64,000 bases of DNA from Convolutriloba macropyga (Eukaryota): assembly GCF_964194025.1 (NCBI RefSeq), contig NC_134475.1, forward strand, positions 43,276,001 to 43,340,000. Reading direction: 5' to 3'. Position 1 is the stretch's first letter; the number at the start of each line of letters is the position of its first letter. Position numbers and translations under genes: made by a program. The notes beneath the pieces were generated by a model. It ran no database searches. It saw only the letters and a program-made list of their open reading frames with translations, and had not been told where the DNA came from. Of this stretch, positions 39,077 to 51,900 are shown one piece after another.

Positions 39077-40521
39077 CTGAAAAACATTAATTTCAGCAAT
39101 TAGGTATAATACTTAGGTAGAAACGAACCAGTTATCATAGAACATTCACAAAGCAGAGAAACAAATTTTATACTAATTCTTTATAATATATATTAATTCT
39201 CTATTCGTGAAAGAATGTACTATAAACAACAGAGTTCAATTGCAGGAAAATTCGAAATACCAGCGAGAAAACACAACCGGGATAAGATTTCCTTGAAGAA
39301 TAGAGGTTGCAAAAAATTGAACTTTTCGATTGCTCCAAAACTGTAGCCAGGAAACTGACAGTCTGCCAGCTTAATAATGCAATTCATAACTTGAAAAAAC
39401 GTTCTTCAACTAAAACCAGATCACACATTTGGTATCCTGTTAAAATAGTAGCCGTGCAAAACATAGGCGCTTGATTTGTATGGCATGAACATGCAGCGTC
39501 CGGTCCTCATGGCAATTTGTTTGCTATCTTTGGATAAATTTGCGATTTACTATTCTGATGGTTGTCATTGATTTTATAATCATAACAACAATAATTAAAA
39601 ACAATCTTAGATTTTGCTTCTGTCAACATTGCAGGTACAATATATATCACACGCAATGAAGAAAAAAGATTGAACGAGAGAAAATCTGCAAAAATAAAAG
39701 TCGATAAATAACCAGATCAAAAAACTGAGTCACTACAAATTTGAGTCATAAAGGATGCTAAGAATCAAACAGATAAAAAAAATAACAGACTGCGTAATCG
39801 GTTTTAAAAAATCTCCGAAGAAGTCGAGCAATATTGGTCCAATAATTGAATAAAGGCACCGAACAAGGCCGCTTCTCTTAGGCGTACAAAAAGGTTCAGA
39901 AATAGCCAACTACAAGTTAACCGATCATCAAAATAAAAATTCTTAAAGTAGGAAAACAATTGTCACAAAATCTTAATTCTTTCGTGTAGAGATAGAACAT
40001 TGATAATATTGATGAGCAGTTTTTCCCGCAGTAAGAACACCTTCAGTTGTTAAAATAATACTTCATTTGCAGCGTACATAACTCATTTGTACATTTCACC
40101 TATGTCACCTTTGCTGGTCATTGATTCTCGGAGCGAAATATTCCAAAAACCAGATAATTTGATTAAAGGTGCATGCGACAGAAATTTTTACAGATATCGT
40201 TTGAAATAGCACTGAGCTCTACGTGTGTACAATGAAAAAACTAGATTAAGTTTTTAAAATGGCTTGCAAAATATACGTCCGAAACATCATAAATTAGTCC
40301 AAATTCAGTTCTATGATCTTAAATTTTATTATACGAAAACATAATTTGGTTCAAGTTTTTGTTTTTCGCTCGAATTTACCGCTTTAAGATTTTTAGAAAA
40401 AGCAATTTTGCCACACAACCAGTAGTTCCGAATAAAAGCAGATTGAATTAGCAATTTTAGACAATAGTAAAAAAATATATAATTCGAATATTCTTCACTT
40501 TAGATTTTCAAGCAACCTCAG

Positions 40522-40866
40522 AAACAGCCGACATATTTCGGACGNNNNNNNNNNNNNNNNNNNNNNNNNNNNNNNNNNNNNNNNNNNNNNNNNNNNNNNN
40601 NNNNNNNNNNNNNNNNNNNNNNNNNNNNNNNNNNNNNNNNNNNNNNNNNNNNNNNNNNNNNNNNNNNNNNNNNNNNNNNNNNNNNNNNNNNNNNNNNNNN
40701 NNNNNNNNNNNNNNNNNNNNNNNNNNNNNNNNNNNNNNNNNNNNCCCACTGAGCGCTACCTGTTTATCCCGTTTTTGAGGACTAAAATTCAAATGGGTCA
40801 GACGAAAAATCGCATAAAAGACCGACAGGACATAATTGCTACAAACTTCGTTTGAGAGCAATTAAT
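40522..40866 (-). mobile_element. HINE-like family B copy spanning the assembly gap
   Basis: ccgacatatttcgg hairpin-like start before the Ns; aaacttcgtttgagagcaattaa end after them. Confidence 0.55.
40545..40744. other. Assembly gap (200 N) in ALKBH8 intron 2
   Basis: Run of N. Confidence 1.
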
Positions 40867-41080
40867 AAATTAACCAATTATAATTGTTTTCACATTATCT
40901 CAAGACTTAGTAGCCAACGGCACTTTAACTAACTCAGCTTTACCTAAGAAACGTTCCCTTGCAACCGCTGTTCACAATTTTTGCAATTTGGTAACCGGAA
41001 GATTATACGGGTATAAATCTCCATTTCTGCTTATAATTGATACATCAACGGTAACTTTCATCATAACAATTTCTACTCAC

Positions 41081-41201
41081 TCACTGTTGGGACTTCTGAA
41101 ATTGAGGACAAAGTCCATAAGGCTCAGTTCACTTTGCTCAGTGATGTAGTCATGAATAACTTCCATTCCTGGAGGGGTTTCTGCACCATTGCAAATACTC
41201 T
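41081..41201 (-). CDS. ALKBH8: ALKBH8 exon 2 (start of AlkB domain)
   Basis: tgcttag| acceptor; ETPPGMEVIHDYITEQSELSLMDFV resembles the PPGLxVxExIxxEEE motif; donor GA|gtgagt, phase 2 matches exon 3. Confidence 0.85.
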
Positions 41202-41528
41202 CTAAGCATAACAAAATCACCAATTCAGTCCTTGTAACCAAGTTTATTTCTAGTTTATTTCGTTAAAATTAACAGGATTCTGACAATTCATCATTTTCAG
41301 CTTCTCAAAATTCAAATGTTGCGAGGCCAAAGTACATTACATTAGTTAAGATAAACCACTGTCCAAAATTAACAGCAATTTGGAACTCAATATTTCAAAA
41401 TCAATTCTGACCTCTTGTATTGAGGAGCAGGTAAGCGTCTCGTTCTTAACACTACGTAAATTTTAAGAACGTGTAACCTAGTGGTTTTTAGAGCCTTATA
41501 GTTGCGATGTTTCTCAGAAGCAACCAAC

Positions 41529-41937
41529 CTGAGGAATAATCGCATCTGCTGGCTAGCCAAGGGTCCAAATTGAGGACAAAGAAACAGTAGAAAACCCTCC
41601 TCGCTTCACTACTCTCTTTTTCTGTCATATGTGAATCATGATGGGCGGTGAAGCCATCAAAACCGGAAACGAACTTTTCACTCTCGTCCACCGAGTTGAA
41701 AAGAAGAACGCTGTATGGCTTCTTCACAAACATAACGATCTCTTTCGGAGCTTTCAATGTTTCACCAGTTCCAAGAACTTGTTTCTGAGACTCGATTAAG
41801 GAATACAAATCGGAGGTCGTAAATCCATTTATGAGGCCAGCATTTTTCAACACAACAGCTTGCGTAGATTCATCACTCAAGTCAAAACCTTCGTTGGAAA
41901 GAAACTTCAGGTGTTTCTTTTTCTTGAAATCTTTCAT
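41529..41937 (-). CDS. ALKBH8: ALKBH8 exon 1 (N-terminus, RRM-like domain)
   Basis: ATG 41937; TQAVVLKNAGLING and MFVKKPYSVLLF resemble the ALKBH8 RRM; donor G|gttggt, phase 1; start codon choice is inferred. Confidence 0.82.
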
Positions 41938-42249
41938 TTCAGCATCTAAAAGGAGTGCACTGTAAACCAGTGAACTATCTCTAATTTCAATGCTCGAAAA
42001 TCTACTTTTTACATGAGAAAAAATGCTTTGCAATAAAATGTCACATATTATAATCACAATTATAAAATTTGAAACACAAAAATGCAATGGAAATCCTGCT
42101 CTTCTACACTGCCTCATTTTAGCTGGAAAGAACTAAAGTCATTTTTCAATTTTCAAAATATCATCTAGCTGTAAAACACAGCAATAAGATCTAAAAATTT
42201 CCACTTCAAAAATTTATCGAAAATTTATATAAATATGGTTTGTAAAAAA

Positions 42250-42981
42250 TCAGGAAGAATTGAGGAACAAATTAGGGAACCAGTAGCTATATTCGCTTCC
42301 CTGCTTATCAATCCAAGCCAATTCTTCCTTGAGAAGATGATCCAAAGCTCTGTTAATTCGCTCTTCGTGCCAATTCAAAGCGCATGCTTCTAAATAAGAC
42401 TTCGAAACAAAACCTCCATTCTTCTCAGCCAATGCTAGAAGCGTTGTATGGTCCATATTGAGCTCACCTGGAACCGATTGGACAAAAAACGACTTATTGA
42501 TTGGGATCAGGGCAAAACCAGCACCCAATTTCTTTAATTTGCCGATGGCACGAATTATATCGTCATTTGAGACCTGATTATCGGCTTTTCTTGTTTTGTT
42601 TAGTCGCTTTCGAAGGTCGTCAATTGGTATCAATCCTCCGTTAACAGGTCTAGTAGCCATGCATACCTCAATAATTTGAACTCCCAGTTCGTAATAGTAG
42701 TCTCCAACGCCCAGAGTTTGCGCCCAGTAACCTTTGCTAGATGCCAAAGGGTCAACGCCAATTTGTGCACACATTTGCTGGAAATGGGCACGAAATTCTG
42801 GGTTCTTTTTCAATTCACTCCGATGTTTGACGGCGAAGTCTTCCAGATTTGTTTTGAAGACATTCATCTGTTTGATCATGTGCTGCAACTGATCAGCGGC
42901 TAATTCCGCTCCCTTCTCTTGGAATCTTGCTTTATTTTGTTCATTCCTCCGAATTCCCGCAATGCCTACTCCGCGCGGCAT
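42250..42981 (-). CDS. SNF8: ESCRT-II subunit SNF8/Vps22/EAP30, intronless CDS, 243 aa
   Basis: [10 protein letters not shown]...[20 protein letters not shown]...[18 protein letters not shown]...[12 protein letters not shown]; true ATG at 42981 (ORF track starts at an upstream TTG). Confidence 0.96.
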   Translation of the reverse strand: MPRGVGIAGIRRNEQNKARFQEKGAELAADQLQHMIKQMNVFKTNLEDFAVKHRSELKKNPEFRAHFQQMCAQIGVDPLASSKGYWAQTLGVGDYYYELGVQIIEVCMATRPVNGGLIPIDDLRKRLNKTRKADNQVSNDDIIRAIGKLKKLGAGFALIPINKSFFVQSVPGELNMDHTTLLALAEKNGGFVSKSYLEACALNWHEERINRALDHLLKEELAWIDKQGSEYSYWFPNLFLNSS

Positions 42982-43082
42982 TTTGAACGGAGCAAAAATT
43001 ACAAACAACTCTGAAATCAGTCACCCGGTGAATAACTACAGGGCTGCACATGGACTGTAAAATGATTAAAAACAGACGATAT

Positions 43083-46000
43083 GCATTAATAGTATAAACT
43101 GATTGAAATGTTTTTTTTTTATTTCATTGCACCATGACAGCGCATCGCTAAAATTGTAGGTTTAATTAATGTGCAAAACAATCAAAAATAAAGCATTCCT
43201 TATATGCCTGTCAATTCACTCGATTCACAGAATTCATAAAAGCGTCAGAAGAGCAACCTGGTATCAAGTACATTGGAAAGACGTACTTATTCCCTATTTC
43301 TGTTATTTTGTATTTTTACTATTGCATATATATTGATGGCAGAGCAGCTAGACAACTATTAAACAGTCATTGCGTAACATCACTGACTTAAACTCCAAAG
43401 TTGAAATTTGCAGAGCGACAGACAGAAAGGATTAATTCTCATAAGAGACAAATAAAAAAAGTATACTTAAAATACAAAAACTATCATAAAATAACAAACA
43501 CAAAAAGATGTCACGCACTGGCAACAAATATTTACAAATGCTGTTCGAAGAGGGTGACGTAGAGAAATATGTAAACTCCGCGTCTGTGAAGAAGTTCAGC
43601 AGCAACAATCACTCGCTCGTAAAATGAAAGACAATTTGAAGTGTAAATAGTAGCATTAATAGTATAAACTGATTGAAATGTTTTTTTTATTTCATTGCAC
43701 CATGACAGCGCATCGCTAAAATTGTAGGTTTAATTAATGTGCAGAACAATCAAAAATAAAGCATTCCTTATATGCCTGTCAATTCACTCGCTTCACAGAA
43801 TTCATAAAAGCGTCAGAAGAGCAACCTGGTATCAAGTACATTGGAAAGACGTACTTATTCCCTATTTCTGTTATTTTGTATTTTTACTATTGCATATATA
43901 TTGATGGCAGAGCAGCTAGACAACTATTATAACAGTCATTGCGTAACATCACTGACTTAAACTCCAAAGTTGAAATTTGCAGAGCGACAGACAGAAAGGA
44001 TTAATTCTCATAAGAGACAATAAAAAAGTATACTTAAAATACAAAAACTATCATAAAAATAACAAACACAAAAAGATGTCACGCACTGGCAACAAATATT
44101 TACAAATGCTGTTCGAAGAGGGTGACGTAGAGAAATATGTAACTCCGCGTCTGTGAAGAAGGTCAGCAGCAACAATCACTCGCTCGTAAAATGAAAGACA
44201 ATTTGAAGTGTAAATAGTAGCATTAATAGTATAAACTGATTGAAATGTTTTTTTATTTCATTGCACCATGACAGCGCATCGCTAAAATTGTAGGTTTAAT
44301 TAATGTGCAGAACAATCAAAAATAAAACATTCCTTATATGCCTGTCAATTCACTCGCTTCACAGAATTCTAAAAGCGTCAGAAGAGCAACCTGGTATCAA
44401 GTACATTGGAAAGACGTACTTATTCCCTATTTCTGTTATTTTGTATTTTTACTATTGCATATATATTGATGGCAGAGCAGCTAGACAACTATTAACATAA
44501 CCGACTAACGTCGGGCGAATTGCTCTCAAAACGACCGGGGAGAGGTTGGCTTCGTCACTATTGCATATATATTGATGGCAGAGCAGCTAGACAACTATTA
44601 ACATAACCGACTAACGTCGGGCGAATTGCTCTCAAACGACCGGGGAGAGGTTGGCTTCGTCAGTAGCTAGCCACGGGGGGGGGGGGGGGGTCAACAAAGG
44701 GGGGGGTGTCAACCTCTAAGAACCGCCCCTCACACCATAAGTATAAGTATAGTCTCCAAGACAGTTTGAGCTGAAACAGACCTGAAAGGCTCTAAGAGCA
44801 CATAATGCCCGCTGGGCGCTACCTGTTTATCCCGTTTTTGAGGACGAAAAGTCAAAAGCGTCAGACGAAAAATTGGTCAAGCGAAAAATCGCATAAAAAA
44901 AAGACCGACAGGACTAATATAATTGCTACAAACTTCGTTTGAGAGCAATTAATAACAGTCATTGCGTAACATCACTGACTTAAACTCCAAAGTTGAAATT
45001 TGCAGAGCGACAGACAGAAAGGATTAATTCTCATAAGAGACAAATAAAAAAGTATACTTAAAATACAAAAACTATCATAAAAATAACGAACATAAAAAGA
45101 TGTCACGCACTGGCAACAAATATTTACAAATGCTGTTCGAAGAGGGTGACGTAGAGAAATATGTAACTCCGCGTCTGTGAAGAAGGTCAGCAGCAACAAT
45201 CACTCGCTCGTAAAATGAAAGACAATTTGAAGTGGTAGGGTTCACCAGATCAAACAAATTGCACGAAGTTTTTAAAATGATCCTTTTGGGATGGTTTTTA
45301 TACGCTTCCACACATTTTTGTACTTAGCATTTAGGAGGTGAAAAACAAGTTGGTGATATTGCAGCCGAAGCAATCAGGTAATCAGTAAAAATTGCTCATT
45401 CTGTAGCAGAAGTATATTGCTGTCACGTTAATATCAGCCTTGGAGGACACCAAAATCTTCAGCCAAATTGAAGGCGAGCAAGATCATTACAAAAGCTCAA
45501 AAAGTGGAAACCAACTTCATATCGTCCGCAAACGAGAGAGGAACACATATTAAAAATGTGGTAACTCGCTGATGAAAAGTAGCGGTCCAGGAACTAAACC
45601 ACGCGGTACTCCAATACAAACTGATAAAGACTAAAAAAGCACCCAATTTCAAGCGGATCAGAAAAATAAGAACTGAAAAAACTTTTTAAAGAAGCATCAA
45701 AACATACGTTTCTCAGTTTGGAAATTAAAACTGGGTGAGGTACCTTGTCGAATGCTTTTTGCTAATCAAGATAAATGCAAATATGCAATCGGTTTTGATT
45801 TCGGAAAGGAAGAAATCGATAACAATTACCCGAATAACGGTTCTCTTTCTGGCCTGGAACCCAGACTGTTCTGGATATACGTGAACGGCTTCTTAAATGA
45901 ACTTAGATAGTAAGCGTTTCGAAATAAAGGAATCTTTCGATAACCAACCAACCTGTCGGTAATTGTCACCCTGGTCTCAAGTACATTGGAAAGACGTACA

Positions 46001-47150
46001 TATTCCCCATTTTTGTTTTTTATATATATTTTTAATTTTGCATATAGACTCATGGCAGAGCAGCTAGACAAATATTGTAACAGTCATTGCTTAAAATCAC
46101 TGACTTCAACGCAAAAGTTGACCTTTGCAGAGAGACAGACAGAAAGGAATTATTTTGAAGAGACAAATAAAAAATTATACTTAAAATACAAAACCTATCA
46201 TAAAAAGAAAAAGCACTTTTAGATGTCATGTATTCGAACAAATACTTACGAATGCTAGTCGAAGACGGTGACGTAGAGAAATATGTAACTCCATGTCTGT
46301 GAAGAATGTTAGCAGCAGCAATCACTTAGTCGTAAAATTGAAGACAATTTGAAGTGGTAGGGTTCACCAGATCAAACAAATTGCACGAAGTTCTTAAAAT
46401 GAAACTTTCGGGATGATTTTATACGCTTCCACACATTTTTTTTACTTAGCATTAAGGAGGGGAAAAACAAGTTGGTGATATTGCAGCCGAAGAAATCAGG
46501 TAATCAGTAAAAATTGCTCATTCTGTAGCAGAAGTATATTGCTGTCACGTTAATATCAGCCTTGGAGGACACCAAAATCTTCAGCCAAATTGAAGGCGAG
46601 CAAGATCATTACAAAAGCTCAAAAAGTGAAAACCAACTTCATATTGTCCGCAAACGAGAGAGGAACACATTTAAAAAATGTGGTAACTCGCTCATGAAAA
46701 GTAGCGGTCCAAGAACTAAACCACGCGGTACTCCAATACAAACTGATAAAGACTATTACAGCACCCAAAATATAATCAATTTCAAGCGGTTCAGACAAAT
46801 AAGAACTGAAAAAACTTACGTAACTGAAAAAACTGAAAACTAGTATCAAAACATACGCTCCTCAGTTTGGATAATAAAACAGGGTGAGGTAGCTTATCAA
46901 GTTCTTTTCTATAATCAAGATAAATAGCAAATATGCAATCGGTTTTGATTTCAGAAAGGAAGAAAACGATGACGACAATTAGCTGAACAGCGGTTCTCAT
47001 TCTGGCTTGGAATCCATACTGTTCTGGATATATGTGAACGTTTTGTTAAATGAACTCAAAAAGTAAGCGCTTCGAAATAAGGGAAGCTTTCGATATTCAA
47101 CTAACCGGTCGGTAATTGTCAATGCAATTTTTACGGCCTCTTTTCTGGAG
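43083..47150 (-). repeat. Tandem array of decayed LINE RT fragments (three units of about 570 bp, then two of about 1.1 kb)
   Basis: gcattaatagtataaactgattg at 43083, 43653, 44220; about 44960-45980 resembles about 46080-47120; IYLDYRKELDKLPHPVLLSKL and a frameshifted GVPRG/ADNMK RT remnant. Confidence 0.85.
44600..44952 (-). mobile_element. HINE-like family B copy
   Basis: Perfect 16-bp subterminal IR aattgctctcaaacga (44624-44639) / tcgtttgagagcaatt (44935-44950); hairpin ccgac-taac-gtcgg; empty site visible in sister repeat units. Confidence 0.78.
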
Positions 47151-47939
47151 AAGAGGTACAATCGCAGTCTTTTCTCCATAGGAAAATCAATATCCTCCAT
47201 AGGAAGTTAATATCGAATTGAAAACAACAAAAAGAACTGAAGTAGAAAGACCAGGACCACAGAACAAAACTTTACCAGTAAAACATATTTTGTGACACCC
47301 TGATTTTGAGCTTAAAATTCTATCTACAGATAGTAATGCATCAAAATCAGCGAGTAAAATAAATGCCTCCGATGGATATAAAATTGGATTATAACTTTCA
47401 TCCTTAAAGTTAGACGAAAAGTTAAGCACTCGCAATTAAAAAGTTCGGTAAATCAAAACAATCGGTAAATGTGCCAGATTTTTGAACCATAAAAAACAAC
47501 GCGGTTCAATTCATAAAATTATTTAAAATTCTCTGTGAAAATTATTTTTCCAAAGTTAAAAAACGAAGGATTTTTTGCTAGCACGTCGCTGAGCATTCAG
47601 CTGAACATTGAGGGAATGAACGCTTTGTGAAGAAAAAAATTAGGGAAATTCAGACGTTTCTTGGTGATAGTATCAAAACAGTGGTATCTGCTCAGACAAA
47701 AATTATATAATATCTGATCATAAACTGATGCATAATTAGGAAAGCTAAAAAGTTGCCACTTGGAAGTGCCGTGTTAGCCATTATGTCATTGAGATTATGA
47801 AAGCTCGGAGATTACATTGGTTATGCCTAACGTGAATACAATATTAAACTTTTTTTTCTACTCGATATTAAGGGATGCCAGTTTAAATAGTAACGAACTT
47901 AAAACGATAACGAAACACAACGCCACCTCAAGCTAAAGT

Positions 47940-48045
47940 TGTCAAGGAAAAGTTGCCTTTTGATCGATTTCGAGGAAAAAGCCGGCAAAACAAAAACACA
48001 ATTATTTTCAAAACCTGACAGAAGTAGTCGACTTCTCAAAACCTT
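47940..48045 (+). repeat. 5' LTR (106 bp)
   Basis: tgtcaagga...cttctcaaaacctt; 5 mismatches to 55142-55247 by eye. Confidence 0.85.
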
Positions 48046-48660
48046 GAGGACCCCCTTCTGGTTGGTTGTTTCCCCAACCCCCTACTTGCTTTTCAGTTCT
48101 TCTGGGGTTTTACCCACCCCGAGGACCCCCTTCTGGTTGGTCGTTTCCCGAGTCCCCCACATTGCTTTTCGGTTCTTCTGGGGGTTTTACCCACCCCGAA
48201 GACCCCCTTCTGGTTGGTCGTTTCCCCAACCCCCAACTTGCTTTTCGGTTCTTCTGGGGTTTTACCCACCCCGAAGACCCCCTTCTGGTTGGTCGTTTCC
48301 CCAACCCCCACTTGCTTTTCGGTTCTTCTGGGGTTTTACCCACCCCGAGGACCCCTTCTGGTTGGTCGTTTCTCCAACCCCCACCTGCTTTTCGGTTCTT
48401 CTGTGGTTTTAACCACCCCGAGGACCCCCTTCTGTTGGCCGTTTCTCCAACCCCCCCCACTGCTTTTCAGTTCTTCTGGGGTTTTACCCACCCCGAGGAC
48501 CCCCTTCTGGTTGGCCGTTTCACCACCCCCCTCCCCACTTGCTTTTCGGTTCTTCTGGGGTTTTACCCACCCCAAGGACCCCTTCCCGTTGGTCGTTTCC
48601 CCGACCCAACACCTTCTTTCCGGTTCTTCTAGGTTTTTACCCGACGCGAGGTCCCTTTCC
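48046..48660. repeat. About 8 tandem units of about 75 bp in the BEL 5' leader
   Basis: gaggacccccttctggttgg-like starts near 48046, 48121, 48198, 48273, 48347, 48420, 48496, 48574. Confidence 0.92.
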
Positions 48661-48686
48661 TGTGGGCCCTATTGATAGTTTGTCCT

Positions 48687-48902
48687 TTGGTAGGTATTGG
48701 CAGGTTCCGATTATGGTAGCTATTGGTAGGTTCAGGTATTTGGTAGGTATTGGTAGGTTCCGGTATTTGGTAGGTATTGGTAGGTTCCGGCTTTTGGTAG
48801 GAATTGGTAGGTTCCGGTATTTGGTAGGTATTGGTTTTGGTAGGTATTGGTGGGTTCCCACTTTTGGTAGGTATTGCTATTTCGTAGGTATTGGTTGGTT
48901 CT
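48687..48902. repeat. 27-bp minisatellite (ggtaggtattggtaggttccggtattt)n
   Basis: Direct inspection; produces the spurious GIGRFRYLV repeat ORF. Confidence 0.9.
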
Positions 48903-51900
48903 AACACTTTTTAGGCACTGATTTCGATAGGTATTGTCAGCTTCTGGCGGTAAAAATTACTGTAAACACAAAATCATTTCTGATTCTACTCAGTTTGTCT
49001 GCACAACTCTGACTTCTCATTAATGGTTGAGACGAGGTCAACCTCAAACAATGCAGCGCCAAAAATGAGTACTAATACATCCGATTCCCCGGATGAAGCA
49101 ATTATAACTCAACAATCCATTGGTACCTCAACAGCAATCAAGTCAAATGAACAAAAGCGATTAGAAACGTCAAAACTAATGATTGAAAATGACATAAAGC
49201 TTCATATTGACTACATGCTTTCCGAAATTGAAGCTTCGGACGATTTGGAAAGTTTAAACGAAACGACAGAAGACATACGAGCAATGCAACAGAGACTTGA
49301 GCCCATAATTCTTGAATTAAATTTCGTTGAACTTGACGAACAAGATCGGATGTCCAGAGACCTCAGTCAGCTAAAAATAGACATAAAAAGGACTTTCACG
49401 CTGTTAAAGAAACAAGTTAAAGAGGTAAACACAAGAAACCAGCAAGAAACGACTGCTTCAGAACCAGACCCCAAGAAAAGCACAATCCATGAGGACAATA
49501 TAAGGCCACATCAACGACAACAGCCTCGCCTCAATTAGCTCTTTTGCCGTTAGTTCAAGTTTTACTGCACCCGGTGGTTGAACATATAATGGCCACACAA
49601 CGTCTTCTTTTTTGAGATCGTCAACTGCTCCCTGCAGCACATCTCAACCATCTTCCGTGAGTGCTCCAGTCGGATATCCGTCAACAAATGTCACATCTCT
49701 CAGTCAAAACTACCATAACACACCTAATCCACCAACTTTCAGCAGTTTCTCGCAACCTATTGTTTCACGAATGCCACAATTTTCTGGACAATCAGTATCG
49801 ATGTCCACTTGTTTCCGGAAAGCTGTACCAAAATTAAATGCAGATCATTTCAATGCTGATCCTTTGAGTTTGATGGAATGGTTAAGCACATTTCAAGCTA
49901 CTATTGACCGAGCTCCAATGACATCACCCGAAAAAATTATTCATGTACAGTCGCTATTATCCGGCGAAGCCAAGGCCCTTGTGGACGGTTATGGTTACAA
50001 CGGTGACCTATACGTTTCAGCAATAAATCGCCTCCAAGAGAATTTTGGTAACCCAAAACTTATTGTAAACGCGTTTCTCGAAAAACTCAAATTTCAAAGC
50101 CCCAAACCTAGCTCATCCAGAAAGCTACACAGAGTTTTCTTCTTTCCTTTTAACAATGGTGGACACCTTCTCCCAATTAGGTTTCATTCACGATCTACAT
50201 TCAACAACTAATCTGAATGTGGCACTCGCAAAGCTTCCCAACCCTGTACGACTCGAGTGGAACAAATTTGTTTTTTAGAGAAAAACTATCAACAACCGTC
50301 TCTCCAAACACAATCTGAGTGGCTTCTCAACTTCTCTAAAGCATGTAATGATTTGCACTCTATAAATCACGTTATGCAAAACAACTTCAAAACACCTAGG
50401 AAATCAACTTTTTTAGCGGATATAATAACGCTACCAATGATAAGTAAAATAGTTCCCAGAAGCAACTCCGAAGCAACACAAGTGATTACTTAACGTCTGA
50501 GAACAAACGGACAGCAATCAAGCCATGCCCCAGCAATGAAAATTGTCAATTCTTGTATAAAAGCACGCATTTCCAGTCTCTTCCACCGAGCATTCGAAGA
50601 GACCACATAAGAAAACTTAAGTTGTAATTTTAACTGTTTTGGAAGTCACCACGTCGACAAGTGCACCTCAAAAACCGTCTGTCGTAATAACAATTGTGGG
50701 GAAAAGCATCACACTCTGCTTCATGATAGTTTCGATATAAATCCTGGCTCTAAAAAAAAACGTTAAAGTAGTCCATTTACAAGGAACAAGTCAAGTCGCC
50801 GTAGTTCCTGTTCAACTGGAAAACGTTGAGAAGACCTTAGGTACTTATGCTTATTTAGACAATGATAGTTGTCAGAGCTTATTGCTTAAGTCAGAAGCCT
50901 CAGAGATAAACATTGACATGAAAATCATTAGGAAAATGCCAATCAGTGGATACCACATCACAAAAGAAATTGACTGCGCTCCTGTAAAAGTTTATATTAA
51001 GCCACTGCAGTCTGATCAGCAATCCTTCCTTCTAACTGACGTAATTGCTGTCCCGAATTTGAATATGTCACCTGTCGATACAGAAAAATTGAAACAACTG
51101 TGCATCGTTCGAACACCTCAGTCATATCAGTTTTCCTGAGATTTGGAATAACTCTGTTTCAATAATTCTTGGAATAGATAATCTTGATCTGATTCACTAC
51201 AAGCAAATAGTGAAAGGACCCAAGAATGCTCCTTGGGGAGTAGAGACCCAGCTAGGCTGGACATGTGCAGGAAAAACAGACTTGGCACTAGACGAAACTT
51301 ACCCCGTACAGTTCACTCAATTGAATAGCCACCCTAATACGGATGAACAAATGTTCAAAATGGTATCAGATTGGATGAAAATTGAAAATTTAGGCATAGC
51401 TTCACCCAAAAAGGCAATTTCCAAAAATGATAAAAGAGCCCTTGAAATACTGGACAACACAACACAACTCATTGACGGACACTATCAAGTCTGTCTCCTC
51501 TAGAAGGAAAATGCAAAACTTCAAAACCAGATGGCTCGCTGAGAAGCAACTTTACCAATTGAACGACAAACTATCAAAAAACGTACAGCTCAAACAAATG
51601 TACGAACACTTGAGAAGGATCTACTAAACGGATATGTTAACTGAAGTTGAACCAGACACAGAGGACTCGGATTCGATTGCTTCTTTACTACCTCACCATC
51701 GGTGTGTAGCCATAACGTGCGGTGTGTAGCCAATGCGTCCACTGTTTTTCAAGGTCAGTCCTTGAACTCGAACTTACTGAAAGGACCAGATCTGCTTAGT
51801 AACCTCACCGGCGTTATTCTGCGATTCAGAGAGGACAAGCTTGCATTATCCAAAGATATTGAACAGATGTTCATGCAGGTCAACGTAACTCCTGATTATC

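Noticed and set aside
41938-42117. 60-aa N-terminal extension of ALKBH8 suggested by the ORF track
   Set aside because: Low-complexity hydrophobic translation of T-rich sequence; similarity to ALKBH8 begins near MKDFKKKK; not fully excluded without cDNA
48046-48660. Regularly spaced repeats resembling a CRISPR array
   Set aside because: Whole units repeat with no unique spacers; eukaryotic retrotransposon context; no cas genes
47939-48907. Multiple overlapping 70-190 aa ORFs with repeated peptides
   Set aside because: By-products of GC-rich tandem repeats; open in many frames on both strands
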